A DNA stretch of 32,000 nucleotides from contig NZ_LN885086.1 in NCBI RefSeq assembly GCF_001458695.1, forward strand, positions 1,110,001 through 1,142,000, read 5' to 3'. The first letter of the stretch is position 1; every line of letters begins with the position of its first letter. Source of the stretch: Candidatus Nitrospira inopinata. GTDB lineage: Bacteria > Nitrospirota > Nitrospiria > Nitrospirales > Nitrospiraceae. The notes beneath the pieces are model-generated. The model was given only the letters and a program-made list of their open reading frames with translations. It had not been told where the DNA came from and made no database searches. The position numbers and the translations under genes were made by a program. Below, one piece after another: positions 26,014 to 32,000 of this stretch.

Positions 26014-26209
26014 CTGATCCCCCTTTCATCGATGGAGTCGAGACGGCGGCGTATGGCACAAGTTCGGGGCTGTCTCGGGAAACGGCGACGATAGAGCCCG
26101 CGCTCACAAATGTAGTTCATTATAATATACCGGTTGCATTCCGGGTCTCATGGGCGTGTCAGGAGCAAAAGTCGAGCAGGTGGTCGGCTTCGTCGGCCGC
26201 TTCATCGGA

Positions 26210-26239
26210 TTGACAGCCGACATTCTTCAATGGTAGTGT
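26210..26239 (+). promoter_or_regulatory. Candidate sigma70-type promoter of the atpHAGDC operon
   Basis: TTGACA (26210-26215), an 18-nt spacer, then TAGTGT (26234-26239) with TG at the extended -10 position. It lies about 75 nt upstream of the atpH start. Confidence 0.35.
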
Positions 26240-26312
26240 GCCGGGTCAATTGTCGTGCGTTTCGCGCGAACGATTTTGTTTGTCCCACGATTCGGCAAGT
26301 GGATCACCGACA

Positions 26313-26852
26313 GTGATTAAAACGGCAGTTGCGCGGCGTTACGCACGGGCGCTCTTCGAGCTTCTCGACCCAGCCGATATCGAAGCCACTCGAGAGACCC
26401 TGAACGGCCTTGGACAAGCCATCAAGGAGTCCGGGGATCTCCGCTACGTTACCGCGTCACCGGCGTTCAGCGCCGAGGAGAAGATCTCCGTGTTGACGGA
26501 ATTGAGCGGTCGCTTTCGCTGTCCTTCGGAAGGGAAGGCCTTTCTCGGACAATTGGTCAGGAAAAATCGCATCGGGTTTTTGCCGGAAATTGCCGAGGCG
26601 TTCGGGAAGTTGGTCGATCAATCGAAAGGCGTGCAGCAAGTCTCAGTATCGTCGGCTACGGAGTTCTCCCAGGCCGAACGGGATCGGACTCAAGCGCGAC
26701 TGCGCGACGTCCTGAAGCGAGAAGTCGCGGTCACGTTTCATACCGATGCGAACCTCTTGGCCGGAGTCCGGATCCAAGTCGGGAACATGGTGGTCGACGG
26801 TACGGTCCGGGGCCGCTTGAACGATATCCAGTCATTGCTGACGAGAGAGTAG
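26313..26852 (+). CDS. atpH: F1Fo ATP synthase subunit delta (OSCP)
   Basis: Canonical N-terminus [16 protein letters not shown]. About 180 aa from the in-frame GTG at 26313 (the track start 26238 adds an implausible extension). Immediately precedes atpA. Confidence 0.85.
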   Translation: MIKTAVARRYARALFELLDPADIEATRETLNGLGQAIKESGDLRYVTASPAFSAEEKISVLTELSGRFRCPSEGKAFLGQLVRKNRIGFLPEIAEAFGKLVDQSKGVQQVSVSSATEFSQAERDRTQARLRDVLKREVAVTFHTDANLLAGVRIQVGNMVVDGTVRGRLNDIQSLLTRE

Positions 26853-26910
26853 GTCGCGGAGGTGGGATGGCCGTCCGGCGTCTCCCCGTCCTGCGGATGA
26901 AGGAGTGGTC

Positions 26911-28431
<1,521 letters not shown>

Positions 28432-28446
28432 ACGAAAGGCTCGGGA

Positions 28447-28480
28447 GAGAGGCTCCTCCTGAACGGATCTTGAGCCTCTC
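28447..28480 (+). other. Intercistronic hairpin between atpA and atpG
   Basis: GAGAGGCTC (28447-28455) and GAGCCTCTC (28472-28480) form a perfect 9-bp inverted repeat with a 16-nt loop, inside the 74-nt atpA-atpG spacer. Confidence 0.5.
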
Positions 28481-28505
28481 GATCGATACTTCGAAGTAAA
28501 ATACC

Positions 28506-29384
28506 ATGCCAAGTCTCCAATCGCTCCGCCGCAAGATCGCGGCGTTCAAGAACACCCAGAAGATCACGAAGGCCATGAAAATGGTGGCCGCCGCGAAGCT
28601 GAAACGCTCCCAGGACCGCATCCTGGCGGCCCGCCCCTACGCTCATAAAATGCGGGGTGTTTTGAGTAATTTAAGTCAACGGGTGAATCGCTCCGCCCAT
28701 CCGCTCCTGCAGAAGCGCGAGGGTAAAAAAGTCGAAGTGCTGGTGGTGACGAGCGACCGCGGTTTGTGCGGGGGGTTCAACGGCAACATCGTGCGACGGA
28801 GTGCGGAGTTCGTGAGGCAGTGCGAGGCGAGGGGAGTGGCGGTCCATCTGAGCATCGTCGGGCGAAAGGGTCGGGATTATTTTCGCCGCCGCGCGTGGCC
28901 GATTCGCCAAGAATGGACGGGGATTTTTGATAAGTTGAGTTTCGAGCACGCCATCGATATCGGCGGCGATCTCACGGATCATTTCATCCAAGGCACGTTC
29001 GATGAGCTCTACGTCGTGTACAATGAGTTCAAGTCGGCGATCCAGCAACGTGTGATCGTCGAGAAACTCTTTCCCGTCGATGCGGCCTCCGAATTCGGTG
29101 CGGCGCCGGTCGAAGGCGCGGCGGGCGGCGGCTATCTCTACGAGCCGGGTGAAGCGGAACTGTTGGACGTTCTGGTACCCAAGCATTTTCAAGTTCAAAC
29201 CTATAGAATTCTCCTGGAATCAGCCGCGGCCGAGCATGGGGCTCGCATGGCCGCCATGGACGGCGCGACGCGCAACGCCGGGCAGCTCATCAAAAAAGTC
29301 ACGCTGTACTACAACAAGACTCGGCAAGCGGCGATTACCAAGGAATTGATGGATATCGTAGGAGGCGCGGAAGCCCTGAAGTAG
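28506..29384 (+). CDS. atpG: F1 ATP synthase subunit gamma
   Basis: Canonical N-terminus MPSLQSLRRKIAAFKNTQKITKAMKMVAAAKL and C-terminus NKTRQAAITKELMDIVGGAEAL. Confidence 0.95.
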   Translation: MPSLQSLRRKIAAFKNTQKITKAMKMVAAAKLKRSQDRILAARPYAHKMRGVLSNLSQRVNRSAHPLLQKREGKKVEVLVVTSDRGLCGGFNGNIVRRSAEFVRQCEARGVAVHLSIVGRKGRDYFRRRAWPIRQEWTGIFDKLSFEHAIDIGGDLTDHFIQGTFDELYVVYNEFKSAIQQRVIVEKLFPVDAASEFGAAPVEGAAGGGYLYEPGEAELLDVLVPKHFQVQTYRILLESAAAEHGARMAAMDGATRNAGQLIKKVTLYYNKTRQAAITKELMDIVGGAEALK

Positions 29385-29496
29385 GGACTGTCGCAAGCGC
29401 ATTTCGCGACGCGCGATCAGAGAAGCGGGTGAGCCCCCCGTGGATCGATTCGTCGGTCAAGGGGCATGGAAACCAGACATCGATTTGGAAAGGTGA

Positions 29497-30942
<1,446 letters not shown>

Positions 30943-30987
30943 AAGTCGAAGACGCTATTACGGGTGCATGGCGAGAGAGAAGAAAAA

Positions 30988-31410
30988 ATGGCTGGGAAAT
31001 TCCTCTTGGAAGTCGTCACGCCGGAGAAGCTGTTGCTGAGCCAGCAGGTGGACGAGGTCATCGCGCCGGGTCTGGAAGGCGACTTCGGGGTCCTGCCGGG
31101 TCATTGTCATTTCCTCTCGATGTTGCGGATCGGGGAACTGCGGTATCGCGTCGGTGAGCAAATCAACCATATGGCCGTGCTTTGGGGGTATGCCGAGGTG
31201 ACGCCGACCAGGGTGACCGTCATGGCCGAGATCGCCGAGAAGGCCGAAGACATCGACGTGGAACGCGCCACGGCCAAAGTGGAAGAAGCGGAACGTCGGC
31301 TCAAGCAAGGAGGCCTGCCGTCCGACGTCAAGGAAGCTCAAATCAGCCTCGAAAAAGCCCGTCTGCGAAAAAAAATCGCGGAGCGGGCACGGAAGGTCGC
31401 CCACGCCTAA
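30988..31410 (+). CDS. atpC: F1 ATP synthase subunit epsilon
   Basis: Typical opening (FLLEVVTPEKLLLSQQVDEVIAPGLEGDFGVLPGH) and a C-terminal helical hairpin. I prefer the ATG at 30988 over the track start 30964. Confidence 0.9.
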   Translation: MAGKFLLEVVTPEKLLLSQQVDEVIAPGLEGDFGVLPGHCHFLSMLRIGELRYRVGEQINHMAVLWGYAEVTPTRVTVMAEIAEKAEDIDVERATAKVEEAERRLKQGGLPSDVKEAQISLEKARLRKKIAERARKVAHA

Positions 31411-31433
31411 CTGCTCCGCGTTTAAGCCTTGGC

Positions 31434-31460
31434 CCGCGCGGTTTCGCCGTCGCGGTTGTT
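31434..31460 (+). terminator. Possible intrinsic terminator after atpC
   Basis: GC-rich hairpin: CCGCG (31434-31438) pairs with CGCGG (31451-31455), with three further inner pairs. It is followed by TTGTT, 24 nt after the atpC stop. The U-tract is weak. Confidence 0.3.
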
Positions 31461-31596
31461 CAGGCCGTCATTCTCGCTGCTCATCCAATAATCCGGCAAG
31501 CGTTTCCGGCTTCGCGGTGATGCTTCGTGCGATTCAGACCGATGACGACTCGTATCGGCACGGGGAGCGGCCGTTAATGACGGGAGGAAGACCTCC

Positions 31597-32000
31597 GTGA
31601 TCACGGAGTTTGTTATCACGCCCGGCGAGCAACCCAAACGGCTCGACGTCTTTCTTGTCAACCGCGAGCGAGCCATCTCCCGGTCCGCCTTGCAGCGACT
31701 GATCGAACTCGGTCGCATCCGAGTCAACAACGCCGCGGTGAAGCCGAGCCACAAAATCAAACCGGGCGATACCATTACCATGGATATCCCCAAACCGGAA
31801 CCGCTGGAGCTCAAAGGAGAAGCCATCCCGCTCGAGGTGCTGTATGAGGATGAAGCCGTTCTGGTCCTCAATAAACCAGCGGGGATTGTCGTGCATCCGG
31901 CCCCTGGGAACTGGACGGGAACGTTGGTCAACGCGCTGTTACACCATTTCGACGCTTCGGGCGGCACCCTCTCCACCGTTGGGGGGAAGGAGCGGCCCGG
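31597..32000 (+). CDS. rluD: 23S rRNA pseudouridine synthase, RluA/RluD family (3' end outside the window)
   Basis: My own translation from the GTG at 31597 (GGGAGGAAG 7 nt upstream) gives VITEFVITPGEQPKRLDVFL...(S4-like)...LYEDEAVLVLNKPAGIVVHPAPGNWTGTLVNALLHH. The frame is open to the window end. It is absent from the ORF track because it has no stop codon. Confidence 0.85.
   Translation, partial: MITEFVITPGEQPKRLDVFLVNRERAISRSALQRLIELGRIRVNNAAVKPSHKIKPGDTITMDIPKPEPLELKGEAIPLEVLYEDEAVLVLNKPAGIVVHPAPGNWTGTLVNALLHHFDASGGTLSTVGGKERP

Overview
GC-rich bacterial chromosomal segment. Gene content and protein sequences look Nitrospirota/Nitrospira-like, but I cannot verify that without a database search.

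Most of the window is housekeeping and cell-envelope genes, in this order:
- the 3' part of a pilY1-type pilus adhesin, followed by an Ig/cadherin-like lipoprotein
- phoH-ybeY-ftsY
- a same-strand M1 peptidase / PD40 beta-propeller / PAP2 phosphatase gene string
- a convergent GT2 / LAB_N / GT39 (ArnT-like) operon for polyprenyl-phosphate-sugar transfer
- a small island of uncharacterised genes: NTF2-like protein, secreted protein, MidA-like methyltransferase, polytopic membrane protein
- an AsmA-like protein, a multi-PAS hybrid histidine kinase and a secreted HEAT-repeat protein
- an F1-only ATP synthase operon (atpHAGDC) and the start of rluD

The stand-out is at 17.49-20.48 kb. A sequence there matches the conserved core of the guanidine-I (ykkC) riboswitch. 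It has its own sigma70-like promoter and a hairpin/U-run expression platform. It sits directly upstream of an APC-superfamily permease and a 382-aa arginase/agmatinase-family hydrolase. I read this as a candidate guanidine-sensing uptake plus guanidinase module, in which the permease would be an uncharacterised class of guanidine importer.

I saw no CRISPR array, tRNA/rRNA gene, IS element or prophage signature. Many long ORFs in the supplied track are antisense shadows of real genes, as expected in GC-rich DNA.
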